A stretch of DNA of 64,000 bases from an uncultured Dehalococcoidia bacterium (GTDB taxonomy: Bacteria > Chloroflexota > Dehalococcoidia > Lucifugimonadales > UBA3495). The notes beneath the pieces were generated by a model. That model worked only from the letters and a program-made list of their open reading frames with translations. It was not told the origin of the DNA and made no database searches. Shown here piece after piece: positions 17,166-26,316 of the stretch (the stretch's first letter is position 1; every line of letters starts with the position of its first letter). The translations under genes and the position numbers were made by a program. The stretch covers positions 39,540-103,539 of the forward strand of contig CAZCZB010000005.1 of the NCBI GenBank assembly GCA_964502995.1, written 5' to 3'.

Positions 17166-17846
17166 CTAGGAATCGAGTCGTTGCAGGAACCGGGCGATGG
17201 CCTCGTTGCACGCCTCCGGTTGTTCCAGCGTAACGAAGTGGCCCGAGTTGGGAACCACCACGACCTCGGCATCCGGCAGCTCGCGGCCCAGGTATTCGGC
17301 GTAGCGCACGGGCGTCATGACATCGTCGGCGCCGACAATGACCAGCGACGGTATGGCAATTTCCTTCACCCGTTCCATCACGTCGAACTTGTCGCAGCAG
17401 ACCAGATCGTTGTGCTCTACCATTGGGCCGGATCGCAGGGCACGCTCGGCCAACTGAGGGGCCAGGTCGCGGTTGATCGCCTCATAGTAGCCGGGGGCTT
17501 CGGATCGCCACTGGGCGTCGTCCAGACAGCGAGTCAGGTAGTCGGGATGCACGCGAAGGCGGGCGCCGGTGCCGATCAGCACCAGGCCGGCCAGATCCTC
17601 AGGGAAGCGCAGCGCATAGTCCAGCACGATTGCCCCGCCCATCGAGTGCCCGAAAAGCACGAACGGCGCGTAACCCCGGGCTGTGGCGTACTCGCGAACC
17701 CAGTCCACGTAGCCGCCGATGGTATCCCGAGGTTCGCCGTCGGGGTGGCCGGGCAGATTCACCGCGTCGGCGTCGTCGAAAGCCCGTGTCTGGTAGTGGT
17801 AGGTGAGTTCGTTCTGGCCGGAGCCGTGAACCATGACGAGTTGCAT
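17166..17846 (-). CDS. Alpha/beta-fold hydrolase
   Basis: Contains MVHGSGQN (HG oxyanion region) and the GHSMGG nucleophile elbow. The ATG is at 17846. Confidence 0.8.
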   Translation of the reverse strand: MQLVMVHGSGQNELTYHYQTRAFDDADAVNLPGHPDGEPRDTIGGYVDWVREYATARGYAPFVLFGHSMGGAIVLDYALRFPEDLAGLVLIGTGARLRVHPDYLTRCLDDAQWRSEAPGYYEAINRDLAPQLAERALRSGPMVEHNDLVCCDKFDVMERVKEIAIPSLVIVGADDVMTPVRYAEYLGRELPDAEVVVVPNSGHFVTLEQPEACNEAIARFLQRLDS

Positions 17847-17878
17847 TAAAGTGTCCTGTCGGGTGATTGGGTTGGGGT

Positions 17879-18073
17879 TTACTTCTTCGGCATCGCTGGC
17901 GGCGGGTCGTCGTCGTCCAGCAATTCCGGGTTGGCAGCGATCCGGCGTTCCAGCCACGCCTGCCACCGGGCTGATTCTTCCGCGCGACCTTCGTCCTTGC
18001 CCTTGCCCAGGCCTTCAGCCAGGGCTTCCTCGCGTATCAGGTCCATGGCCCTTTGCTTGAGCGTTTGGAACAT
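17879..18073 (-). CDS. Small charged hypothetical protein (64 aa)
   Basis: An ATG at 18073 is preceded by AAGGAG at about 8 nt. The protein is helical and charged, with an acidic, Pro-rich tail. Confidence 0.45.
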   Translation of the reverse strand: MFQTLKQRAMDLIREEALAEGLGKGKDEGRAEESARWQAWLERRIAANPELLDDDDPPPAMPKK

Positions 18074-18461
18074 GATCGCAACTCCTTTGACTATCCAGCC
18101 GCTTATCGTAGAAGCCCAGGGCAAGCCGGGCAAAACCCGGATATCCTCACCAGGTTTGCCGCCGTATCCCTGCCCTCCCGCGCTCCCCAATAACTCAGTA
18201 CCAGAGAAGCCAAAGCGATGCAGACTACGGCTTCGTCTGCGACGCCGATTCGGTCCTGAACGAGGCCGCTGACGGGTATTTTCCAACCGTCCGGCCAGGC
18301 TTCCAACCGTGGCAGGGACAGCGCGGTGGCGTATAACGCCAACAGCAATATCAACCACCGCGCGCCATGCGCAACCGTCCGCAGCGCCGCGGCCTTCAAG
18401 CCGGCTGGGGAGCGGAGACTTCCCATACGCCAGACGGTCGCTATTGTATCTTATCGGACGG

Positions 18462-21197
18462 TTACAGCAGCGTCCCCTGCTCGTTCATCGGCGTTTCCGG
18501 ATCGTCGTCTTCATCCTCAACCGTGTCGTCAGACAGTTCCGCCTGATCCAACTCAGTTTCTTCATCCTCGTCGTACTGGCTATCGGCGACAGCCGCCACC
18601 GCTTCGGCCTGTTCCAGCACGGAATTGGCGTCAGCCTCCGCGCCGTTCTGACGGGTGGGGTCGCCCTGGCTGTAATCGTTGGCGCGGAAACAGTAGATGG
18701 ACACCACGCTGTCGTCACCGCCGCGCTCGCGCCAGATGATGACGCCCTTGGTCTGGCGTGTGTTGACCACCTTGACCTCGGCCAGGTTTATTCGCACCAC
18801 CTGGCCCTGCGCCGAGATGATGAACACCTCGTGCCCTTCTTCCTCGTTCATTTCCGCTGAGTTGACAACCTTGGCGTCCACCACCGGGCCGGTGGGCTTG
18901 TCGCCCTGGTCAACGGCAAAGGTCTTGACGCCCATGCCTCCGCGGTTGGTCTCCCGATACACGGCCTCGCCCTTGCTGTTGTACAGGGGCGTGGCTTTGC
19001 CGTAGCCCTTTTCGCTCACCACCAGCAGGTACTCGTCCTCGGGGTTGTTGACCACGTCCATGGCCACCACCCGGTCGCGTCCGTTGAATTCGTCCTTGAA
19101 CTTCATGCCGATTACGCCCGTCGCATTGCGGTTCCGTTCCGGTATGCTGCTCACCGGGCACAGCAGGGCCTGACCCTGTTCGGTGACCAGTACGATGGAG
19201 GCATCGCTGGACACGGGACGCACCGCAATCATCTCGTCGCCGTCCTGTATCTTCATGGCGATCAGGCCGGATTTGCGCAGGTTTTTCAGCTGGCCGGGCC
19301 TCAGGGCATTCACGCGCCCGTTGCGCGTGGCAAAGATGTACAGGCTGTTGTATTCGTCCCTGCTGGCGGGCAACATGGTCTGCACCTGCTCACCCGGTTG
19401 CAGCGGAATCAGGTTCACCAGCAAGGTGCCCCGGGCCGTTCGCCCAGTGTCGTTGGGAGTTTCGTACACGTTGAGCGGATACACGCGCCCCTTGTTGGTG
19501 AAAAACAGCAGTTGGTCGTGGGTATTGACCACGGCGATCTGCATCACCGCGTCGTCGTCGCGGTTATTGGCGCCGCGCACGCCCTTGCCGCCGCGCTTCT
19601 GGGTGCGGTACGTGTTGATGGGCACGCGCTTGATGTAGCCTCGCTGGCTCAGGGAGACGACCACGTCCTCCTGAACGATGAACTGCTCGATGGACTGCTC
19701 CTCCAACTCCTGCGCGATGATCTCGGTGCGACGCGCGTTGGCGTGCTTGCGCTTCACCTCGCGGGTTTCCCGCTTGATCTCGTTGCTAATCTTCTGCGGG
19801 TTCTGGAGCAGGTCTTCCAGTTCGGCGATGGTCGCCAGCAGGTCGTTGTACTCCTCGTCCAGCCGCTGCCGTTCCAGCGCGGCCAGGCGACGCAATTGCA
19901 TATCCAGGATGGCCTGCGCCTGAATTTCGGTCAGGTCAAATTCCTGCACCAGGTTGTTGCGCGCCGTTTCCACGTCCTGGCTGTTGCGGATGGTCTCGAT
20001 GATGGCGTCGATGGCGTCCAGCGCCTTGAGCAGACCCTCCACGATGTGGGCGCGGTCGCGGGCGCGGCCCAGCTGGTACTCGGTGCGGCGCCGGATGACG
20101 TCCTCACGGTGCAGGACGAAGTAGCGAATCAGGTCCTTGAGCGACAGTTCCTGGGGCTGTCCGTCCACCAGCGCCAGCATGATGGCGTTGAAGGAAGAGC
20201 GCAGGGCCGTGCGCTTGTACAGGTTGTTGAGAATCACCGTGGCCTGCGCGTTCCGCGACAACTCGATAACCACTCGGATGCCCCGGCGGTCCGACTCGTC
20301 GCGGATTTCCGTGATGCCCACCAGAGTCTTGTCGCGCACCAGTCCGGCGATCTTTTCCACCAGGTTCGCCTTGTTGACCTGGAAAGGCAGTTCGCTGACG
20401 ATGATACGCTGCCGGTTGTTGCGCATCTCCTCAATCTCGGTGACGGCCTCCATCACGACGCGGCCGCGCCCGGTGGCGTACATATCGCGGATGCCGGAGA
20501 TGCCGCGGATGCGTCCGTGGGTGGGGAAATCCGGCCCCGGCACGATGGCCATCAGTTGGTCAACGTCGCAGTTGGGATGGTCAATGACGTGGCAAACGGC
20601 GTCGCAGATTTCGCCAAGGTTGTGCGGCGGCATGTTGGTTGCCATGCCCACCGCGATGCCGGACGAACCGTTGACCAGCAGGTTGGGCATCCGGGCCGGC
20701 AGAACCTGGGGTTCCCGGATCGAGTCGTCGAAGTTGTCGGTGAAATCGACGGTCTGCTGGTCAATATCCGCCAGCATCTCGTCGGCGATGGCGGTGAGGC
20801 GAGCCTCGGTGTAGCGCATGGCCGCCGGCGGGTCGCCGTCGATGCTGCCGAAGTTGCCCTGTCCGTCGATCAGAGGCGCGCGCATCGAGAACGGCTGCGC
20901 CATTCTCACCAGCGCGTCATACACGGAACCGTCGCCGTGGGGGTGGAACTTGCCCAGCACTTCGCCGACGATACGGGCGCTCTTGCGGTACTGGCTGCCC
21001 GGGCGGATGCCCATGTCGTGCATGGCGTACAGGATCCGGCGCTGCACCGGCTTGAGTCCGTCGCGCGCGTCGGGCAGCGCGCGGGACACGATGACCGACA
21101 TCGCATAGGACAGATACGACTCGCGCATCTCGTCTTCGATGGGTCGGGGAGTGAAATCACCGCCGGTCTGTGGTGGGGGTGGGGGCGCTGTGGTCAT
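18462..21197 (-). CDS. gyrA: DNA gyrase subunit A
   Basis: Contains [21 protein letters not shown] and AAMRYTE. The C-terminal beta-pinwheel region has repeated blades and ends in an acidic tail. Confidence 0.95.
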   Translation of the reverse strand: MTTAPPPPPQTGGDFTPRPIEDEMRESYLSYAMSVIVSRALPDARDGLKPVQRRILYAMHDMGIRPGSQYRKSARIVGEVLGKFHPHGDGSVYDALVRMAQPFSMRAPLIDGQGNFGSIDGDPPAAMRYTEARLTAIADEMLADIDQQTVDFTDNFDDSIREPQVLPARMPNLLVNGSSGIAVGMATNMPPHNLGEICDAVCHVIDHPNCDVDQLMAIVPGPDFPTHGRIRGISGIRDMYATGRGRVVMEAVTEIEEMRNNRQRIIVSELPFQVNKANLVEKIAGLVRDKTLVGITEIRDESDRRGIRVVIELSRNAQATVILNNLYKRTALRSSFNAIMLALVDGQPQELSLKDLIRYFVLHREDVIRRRTEYQLGRARDRAHIVEGLLKALDAIDAIIETIRNSQDVETARNNLVQEFDLTEIQAQAILDMQLRRLAALERQRLDEEYNDLLATIAELEDLLQNPQKISNEIKRETREVKRKHANARRTEIIAQELEEQSIEQFIVQEDVVVSLSQRGYIKRVPINTYRTQKRGGKGVRGANNRDDDAVMQIAVVNTHDQLLFFTNKGRVYPLNVYETPNDTGRTARGTLLVNLIPLQPGEQVQTMLPASRDEYNSLYIFATRNGRVNALRPGQLKNLRKSGLIAMKIQDGDEMIAVRPVSSDASIVLVTEQGQALLCPVSSIPERNRNATGVIGMKFKDEFNGRDRVVAMDVVNNPEDEYLLVVSEKGYGKATPLYNSKGEAVYRETNRGGMGVKTFAVDQGDKPTGPVVDAKVVNSAEMNEEEGHEVFIISAQGQVVRINLAEVKVVNTRQTKGVIIWRERGGDDSVVSIYCFRANDYSQGDPTRQNGAEADANSVLEQAEAVAAVADSQYDEDEETELDQAELSDDTVEDEDDDPETPMNEQGTLL

Positions 21198-21862
21198 GGT
21201 TGGCTATCTCCTGTGGCGGTGAAATCTTCGGCCCGCTCCACCAATCCCAGAAAGAGGTTGTTGAAACTGGCCGGCACTTCGTCGGCGCGCTCGGGCAAAA
21301 ACTGGACTGCGATCACCCAGCTGTGTTCCTTGCTCTCCAGACCTTCAATTACACCATCGTCAAGCTGGTAGGCGATGGACATGAGCCGTTGGGCGCGTTG
21401 GGATTCCTTCAGGGCCAGGCGGCGGTTCCACGCGCCGTTGTTGACTCGGAACATTCCGGCGCTGCCCACGATGGCAGCCATTTTGGATCCCGGCGAAAGG
21501 TATATCTGACGTCGGGCCGGCCGGCCCGACGCATCATCGTATTCTTCGTTGTATGGCGATTCCGAGGCGGCAGGTCGTCCGCCGCCGAAACCGGAGTTGA
21601 GGAGGTACATGCCCCGCCCGGTCAGCAGGGTTGGCATATCCGCGGCCATGGCCGCTTCGAGCAACGCCAACGCGCCGTCGCTGGGGCCGTCGGCGTCGAA
21701 TCCGGTGTCGGGGACAAGGAGGCCGCCGGCTCCCGACAGTTCATCAGGGCCCGACGTTGGGGTAACTACACTTACTCGACCGCCGGCCGCCTCAACCGCG
21801 CGGATGCCTGGATCTGGATGGTGGCCGTTGCGGTGAGTGGCCAGTATGGCAATGGTCGGCAA
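21194..21862 (-). CDS. Class-I glutamine amidotransferase (peptidase C26-like) homologue lacking the catalytic Cys and His
   Basis: [11 protein letters not shown] aligns to the family motif GICRGMQLLN (Cys replaced by Gly). VIAVQFLPE aligns to GVQWHPE (His replaced by Leu). The stop overlaps the gyrA ATG (ATGA at 21194-21197). Confidence 0.55.
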   Translation of the reverse strand: MPTIAILATHRNGHHPDPGIRAVEAAGGRVSVVTPTSGPDELSGAGGLLVPDTGFDADGPSDGALALLEAAMAADMPTLLTGRGMYLLNSGFGGGRPAASESPYNEEYDDASGRPARRQIYLSPGSKMAAIVGSAGMFRVNNGAWNRRLALKESQRAQRLMSIAYQLDDGVIEGLESKEHSWVIAVQFLPERADEVPASFNNLFLGLVERAEDFTATGDSQP

Positions 21863-22004
21863 AACAACTTCAGAGACTTGAAAATAGTATTTGTATTATA
21901 CTAAAAATTGTCACATTATGCCAATTGTTTCGTGTGCAAACTTTCGTCGTCTTTCATTGATCATCAGCCCCATGATACTCTGTCAACGGCCGAATGGAGG
22001 CCAA
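21863..22004. promoter_or_regulatory. AT-rich divergent intergenic region, probably carrying promoters for both flanking operons
   Basis: This is the only strongly AT-rich stretch in the neighbourhood (e.g. cttgaaaatagtatttgtattatactaaaaattgtcacattatg). I could not place unambiguous -35/-10 boxes. Confidence 0.3.
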
Positions 22005-22361
22005 ATGGCGATGACTACCGGCAGTACCCCGGCTTCACAGCAAGTCGCTAATTCAGTGGAGGACGAGGGGACCTTCCAGGTTCTCGTCTCGTACTATGAC
22101 GGTGAAGATTTCAACGGCGACTGGCGCTGGGGAGCCGACTGTCCGGCAGTGGGCTGCGCTACCGATGGCCGAACTCGCGAGGAAGCGCTGGAGATGATCA
22201 AAGACGCAATTCAGTGCCACTTATCGGAATACCCTCCGGGCCAATTTCCGTTGCGTTCCGGCGACGCTGTGGCTGAAGCTTGCGCCGAGTACCAAGCCGA
22301 AGGGTGGGGAGAGTACGCGTTGGATTGGGTATCAATTTCCGGCCCCAACCCGTATCGTTAG
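22005..22361 (+). CDS. HicB-like (UPF0150) domain protein with no adjacent HicA
   Basis: An ATG at 22005 is preceded by GGAGG. It contains GWGADCPAVGCATDGRTREEALEMIKDAIQCHL, resembling the HicB N-terminal fold motif. Confidence 0.5.
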   Translation: MAMTTGSTPASQQVANSVEDEGTFQVLVSYYDGEDFNGDWRWGADCPAVGCATDGRTREEALEMIKDAIQCHLSEYPPGQFPLRSGDAVAEACAEYQAEGWGEYALDWVSISGPNPYR

Positions 22362-22652
22362 ATTTCAGGGCGTGTCGATAGCGAATGCCGAGACAACCTA
22401 ACCGGGCTGACCGGTGCGCGCTTGGGTTGCGGCTGGGTTTGTGTTCGTTCCCGGTAGCGGCCGCGGCGGCCACGACAAGTGGCGGAATAGTCCATACGTC
22501 GTTTCGGTGCCGCGCCATAGCAGCGACATTCGCCCTGGGACGTTCGCCAGTATCCGTCGGCAGGCCGGCGTTTGGTCAACTGCCAAGTTCTGGTAGTACG
22601 CAGACGGGATGCGCAGGCCCGAACCGGACTGAGCGAAATGACTGTTCTCCGC

Positions 22653-23984
22653 TCATAGTCCATGGGTTGTAACCCCATCCTCCTCCACCATTCGCGCCAC
22701 CTGCCGGCCCATTCGCACCGAGTAGTTGGTTCCCCTGTCTTCCGGGTAGATCTGCGTGGTGTTCGCCAGGTACAGCGACTTGATTGGCGTTCGGTGGTCA
22801 GGAATCCGCTGACCGTAGTTGACCCCGATGATGGGCTGCGCGCCGTCCACCCGGTGGTGATGGTATTCCACGATCCAGTCGCGTGAGAATTCGGGATTCA
22901 ACTGTCTCAGGTGGGGCAGGAACTCCTCAAGCAGATCCGCCGGTTCCTTGCGGTAAAGCTCGCTGTTGCGGTCGGGGTAGTTGGTGAAATAGACGATGTG
23001 GTTCCCGCCATAAAGTTCCTTGTCGATCATGTTGGTATGCTCGATCACCCCCACGAACGGCAGCGAGCGGTCTGCGACGTTCAACCAATACTTGGACGTG
23101 AGGGGCCGGTCCAGCACCAGGATCATCAACACGGCGGACAGATACTCCGCCGATTCCAGCACGCTGCGGTAGTCGGCCGGCAACTCCGGCGCCAGGCGCG
23201 TGAACACGTAGGACGGCGTCGTGGCGATCACCGCGTCGTACTCGTGGTCCCGCTCGTCTCCGCCGTGGGGCGCGGCGGTGAACCCGGTGGCCCTGCCTTG
23301 CTCAACGTTGATGCGACGCACGCCAACGCCCGTGTGAACCCGACCGCCCTGCTGTTCCACGCGCTCGCCGCACACGTCGAACACCGTGCCGAAACTGCAC
23401 ATCGGGTAACCCAGCCGTTCCTTCTGCATCCGCTTCCGCGACGCCACCCGCAGGTAAATCTTGCCCCAGAGCCACGTCATGCTCACCTTGTCATAGTGGT
23501 CTCCGAACTTGCCCCGCAGCATCGGCTCCCAGATCACGCGATAGGCCGCGTCGCCCATGTGCTTGCGGGTCCATTCCGCCGCGGTGACGTTTTCGTATTT
23601 GCGCCAGTTGCTCGTCTTTTGCAGCAGGAAAGTCCAGAGACCCAGACGGATGCGCTGTGTGAAAGGCAGCGGGGTGAATCGCAGCAGGTCCATGGGCGTC
23701 GCAAAGTCCCAGATGCGCCCGCCGTGGAAGAAGCCGACCCTGGACTCCAGCCATTGCATGGAATCGCCCAGGCCCAATTCTTCGATGAGTTCCACCATGT
23801 CGGTATCGCTCACGAACAGATGATGATAGCCGCGCTCAAGCTGCCCGCCGCCGACATCGAAGGTGGACGCCTGGCCTCCGAGAAACGGCGCCGCCTCAAA
23901 TACCTCGGCGAAATGGCCCCGCTTGGTCAACTCGTAGGCGGCAGCCAGGCCGGCCGCTCCGCCGCCAATTATCCCTACGCGCAT
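22653..23984 (-). CDS. NAD(P)/FAD-dependent oxidoreductase (amine-oxidase/phytoene-desaturase-like)
   Basis: N-terminal dinucleotide fold MRVGIIGGGAAGLAAAYEL...E. The length is 443 aa. Confidence 0.7.
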   Translation of the reverse strand: MRVGIIGGGAAGLAAAYELTKRGHFAEVFEAAPFLGGQASTFDVGGGQLERGYHHLFVSDTDMVELIEELGLGDSMQWLESRVGFFHGGRIWDFATPMDLLRFTPLPFTQRIRLGLWTFLLQKTSNWRKYENVTAAEWTRKHMGDAAYRVIWEPMLRGKFGDHYDKVSMTWLWGKIYLRVASRKRMQKERLGYPMCSFGTVFDVCGERVEQQGGRVHTGVGVRRINVEQGRATGFTAAPHGGDERDHEYDAVIATTPSYVFTRLAPELPADYRSVLESAEYLSAVLMILVLDRPLTSKYWLNVADRSLPFVGVIEHTNMIDKELYGGNHIVYFTNYPDRNSELYRKEPADLLEEFLPHLRQLNPEFSRDWIVEYHHHRVDGAQPIIGVNYGQRIPDHRTPIKSLYLANTTQIYPEDRGTNYSVRMGRQVARMVEEDGVTTHGL

Positions 23985-23987
23985 GGG

Positions 23988-25106
23988 TCAGTCATCCTCC
24001 ACAGCGCGCACGCTGCCAACTTTAGGCGTGGGTTTGTCGTTTGGGTCGTTTGGCTGCGCATCCGAATCCGGTATGGTGGCGAGGCCGCGCAACGACACGT
24101 TGTGCCAGAGCAGCAGCCCGAGTCCGGCCAGGTTCACCGGCAGCCACAGCGCCAGCAGGTGTACCGCCACCGAGTAAGATGCCGCCGTCGCCGCGCCCAC
24201 CGCCAGCCCGACGAGCGTTTGCTGAGCCACAACCTCAAAGGCTCCGATGCCGCCGATGGATGCGGGTATCGCTGTGACCAGGTTGGAGGTCACGGTCACC
24301 AGCAGGACCGCCAGCGCCAGGAACCAGAAGGACGCGAAGTAGGCGTCCAGGTTGAACGAGTACGCCACGATGAGATATACGCCCGCCTCTGCTACCCAGA
24401 TCGGCAGCGACGCAACGAACAGCATGACGTGCTTGCGCGGTGAGTTCAGCGCGGCCAATCCCTCAACGAACCCGACGATCAGGTCTGACGCCAATGGTCG
24501 GAATCTGGCCGGCAGTATCGCGGTGAGTTTGATCAGCCAGTTGACCGTTCGTGAACTGCACGCCAGCGCGGTCAGAATCACCAGCGCAGTTGCGAAGCTG
24601 ATCAGCACTCCCACCATCAACACGATGGCGGTGGACTGATAGGCAAGGCTCGCCTCGCTGAACAGGCCGGCGGCCAGCAGGATAGGCGCGGCGAAGGCGC
24701 CCAACGCCAGCAGCGTCATGCCGTCATAGAGTCGTTCTACGCTCAGGGTCGCGATTGACGCCGGCACGCTGACCTCACGCTCTCGCTGCGACAGGTACAC
24801 CGCGCGCACCAACTCGCCGATACGCGCCGGCAGCACGTTGTTGGCCATGTATCCGATGATGATGACCGGATACAGCCGTTTCGCGGGTATCCTGGCGATG
24901 GGCGAAAGCAGATACTGCCACCGCAGCGCGCGGAACCATTGGCCGATGAAATACAGCACGATGGCCGGAGCGAGATACAGGTAGTTGGCCGTGCGGAGGG
25001 CGTGCCAAAGCTCCTCCGTGTCCACAAACCACACCAATAAGGCCAGCGTGACCACGCTGACCAGCACCCCAGCCCAGAACCGCCAGTTGCCCAGAAAATA
25101 GCTCAT
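23988..25106 (-). CDS. Flippase-like / lysyl-PG-synthase TM-region family (UPF0104) membrane protein
   Basis: Polytopic protein. The N-terminus ...LLVWFVDTEELWHALRTANYLYLAPAIVLYFIGQWFRALRWQYLL is typical of this family. Confidence 0.65.
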   Translation of the reverse strand: MSYFLGNWRFWAGVLVSVVTLALLVWFVDTEELWHALRTANYLYLAPAIVLYFIGQWFRALRWQYLLSPIARIPAKRLYPVIIIGYMANNVLPARIGELVRAVYLSQREREVSVPASIATLSVERLYDGMTLLALGAFAAPILLAAGLFSEASLAYQSTAIVLMVGVLISFATALVILTALACSSRTVNWLIKLTAILPARFRPLASDLIVGFVEGLAALNSPRKHVMLFVASLPIWVAEAGVYLIVAYSFNLDAYFASFWFLALAVLLVTVTSNLVTAIPASIGGIGAFEVVAQQTLVGLAVGAATAASYSVAVHLLALWLPVNLAGLGLLLWHNVSLRGLATIPDSDAQPNDPNDKPTPKVGSVRAVEDD

Positions 25107-25190
25107 GCGCGACGGTTTCGCCCGATGATGCGGTCGGTGCGTCCCATCACGTCAATGGCCGGCGACTGCGCAGAGCATGTATCACGTCGG

Positions 25191-25727
25191 TCACGCATCG
25201 ACGCTGCCGTTGGCGGGGGCGTCGTGGGTGTTGGAGAAACCCACCAGCGACGAATCGCCCACTTCCAGCGTCTGCCGGCCCGTGAGCGTGCGGACGCGCC
25301 ATAGGGCCTCTTCCCGAATGACGTAGGCACGCGGCGATTCCTCCAAAGCAACCTCAAGCCTGGGCAATACGTTCGCCACCTCAGCTATGATTTCGGTGAT
25401 TTCCGGTGGGCTCATCTCGTTGTCGTAGAAATTGCGATGCCCGTTGTCCGCTGCAATGTATGCGCTGGCAACCGCAATTTCGCTGTATTCCGCGTCCAGT
25501 TGTCTGGCGATGTGCCCGACGGTGCGGTGGCTGCCGAGGTTCATCCAGCCCCGCTGCTGGCCGTGAGCCTTTAGCATCTGGGCCAACGCGCCCCAGACCT
25601 TTTCGGTGGCCTGCAGACGGTCGCCGTTGTCCAGTTCCTCGCGCGCCTGCTGAATCAGACGCCGGCTGATCTGCACGCGGTCGTCCACCGAGGCTTCTCC
25701 GGGTTCGGGTAGGGTTGTCGTGGTCAT
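25191..25727 (-). CDS. PaREP1-like (HEPN-superfamily-like) helical protein, paralogue A
   Basis: Contains REELDNGDRLQATEKVWGALAQMLKAHGQQRGW...SH and HRNFYDNEM, resembling the PaREP1 pattern GDxxQASEKxWxA...H.NFY. Confidence 0.45.
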   Translation of the reverse strand: MTTTTLPEPGEASVDDRVQISRRLIQQAREELDNGDRLQATEKVWGALAQMLKAHGQQRGWMNLGSHRTVGHIARQLDAEYSEIAVASAYIAADNGHRNFYDNEMSPPEITEIIAEVANVLPRLEVALEESPRAYVIREEALWRVRTLTGRQTLEVGDSSLVGFSNTHDAPANGSVDA

Positions 25728-25751
25728 GGTAAGTTGTTCCGCGCGCGATGT

Positions 25752-26294
25752 TCACGCATCGACGCTGCCGTTGGCCGGCGCATCGTGGGTGTTTGAGAAT
25801 CCCACCGGCGATGAATCTCCCACTTCCAGCGTCTGCCTACCCGTGAGCGTTCGGACGCGCCACCGCTGGTCAACATCGGCGATGGTGAAGGGCCGGGGCG
25901 GTTGCCTTAACGCAAGTTCGAGTCGAGGCAATACGTCGCCCACCACGCTCAAAATCCCTTCGATTTCCGGTGGGCTCATTTCATTGTCGTAAAAGTTCCT
26001 ATGGCCGTTGTCAGCTGCGATATAAGCCCTGACCACGGAAATTTCGTCATACTCGATGTCGAGATGCTGGGCAATGTGCCCGACGGTGCGGTGGCTGCCG
26101 AGGTTCATCCACCCCCGCTGCTGGCCGTGGGCCTTTAGCATCTGGGCCAACGCGCCCCACACCTTTTCGGTGGCCTGCAGACGGTCGCCGTTGTCCAGTT
26201 CCTCGCGCGCCTGCTGAATCAGACGCCGGCTGATCTGCACGCGGTCGTCCACCGAGGCCTCTCCGGGTTCGGGCAATGTCAGGGCAGTGGTCAA
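25752..26294 (-). CDS. PaREP1-like helical protein, paralogue B
   Basis: The N-terminal roughly 70 aa and the C-terminal roughly 35 aa are identical or nearly identical to paralogue A. Two internal patches have diverged. Confidence 0.45.
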   Translation of the reverse strand: MTTALTLPEPGEASVDDRVQISRRLIQQAREELDNGDRLQATEKVWGALAQMLKAHGQQRGWMNLGSHRTVGHIAQHLDIEYDEISVVRAYIAADNGHRNFYDNEMSPPEIEGILSVVGDVLPRLELALRQPPRPFTIADVDQRWRVRTLTGRQTLEVGDSSPVGFSNTHDAPANGSVDA

Positions 26295-26316
26295 TGCACT
26301 ATCTTCAAAATCGTCA

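Noticed and set aside
19398-21371. 657-aa ORF antisense to gyrA
   Set aside because: The opposite strand encodes an unmistakable GyrA. The composition is that of a shadow ORF.
22362-22652. 290-nt gap between convergent genes, examined for a riboswitch, RNase P, SRP, 6S or tmRNA
   Set aside because: I recognised no conserved RNA motif (such as the RNase P GGAAAGUCC-type box or an SRP domain IV loop), and I saw only short local GC hairpins. This needs Infernal/Rfam to settle.
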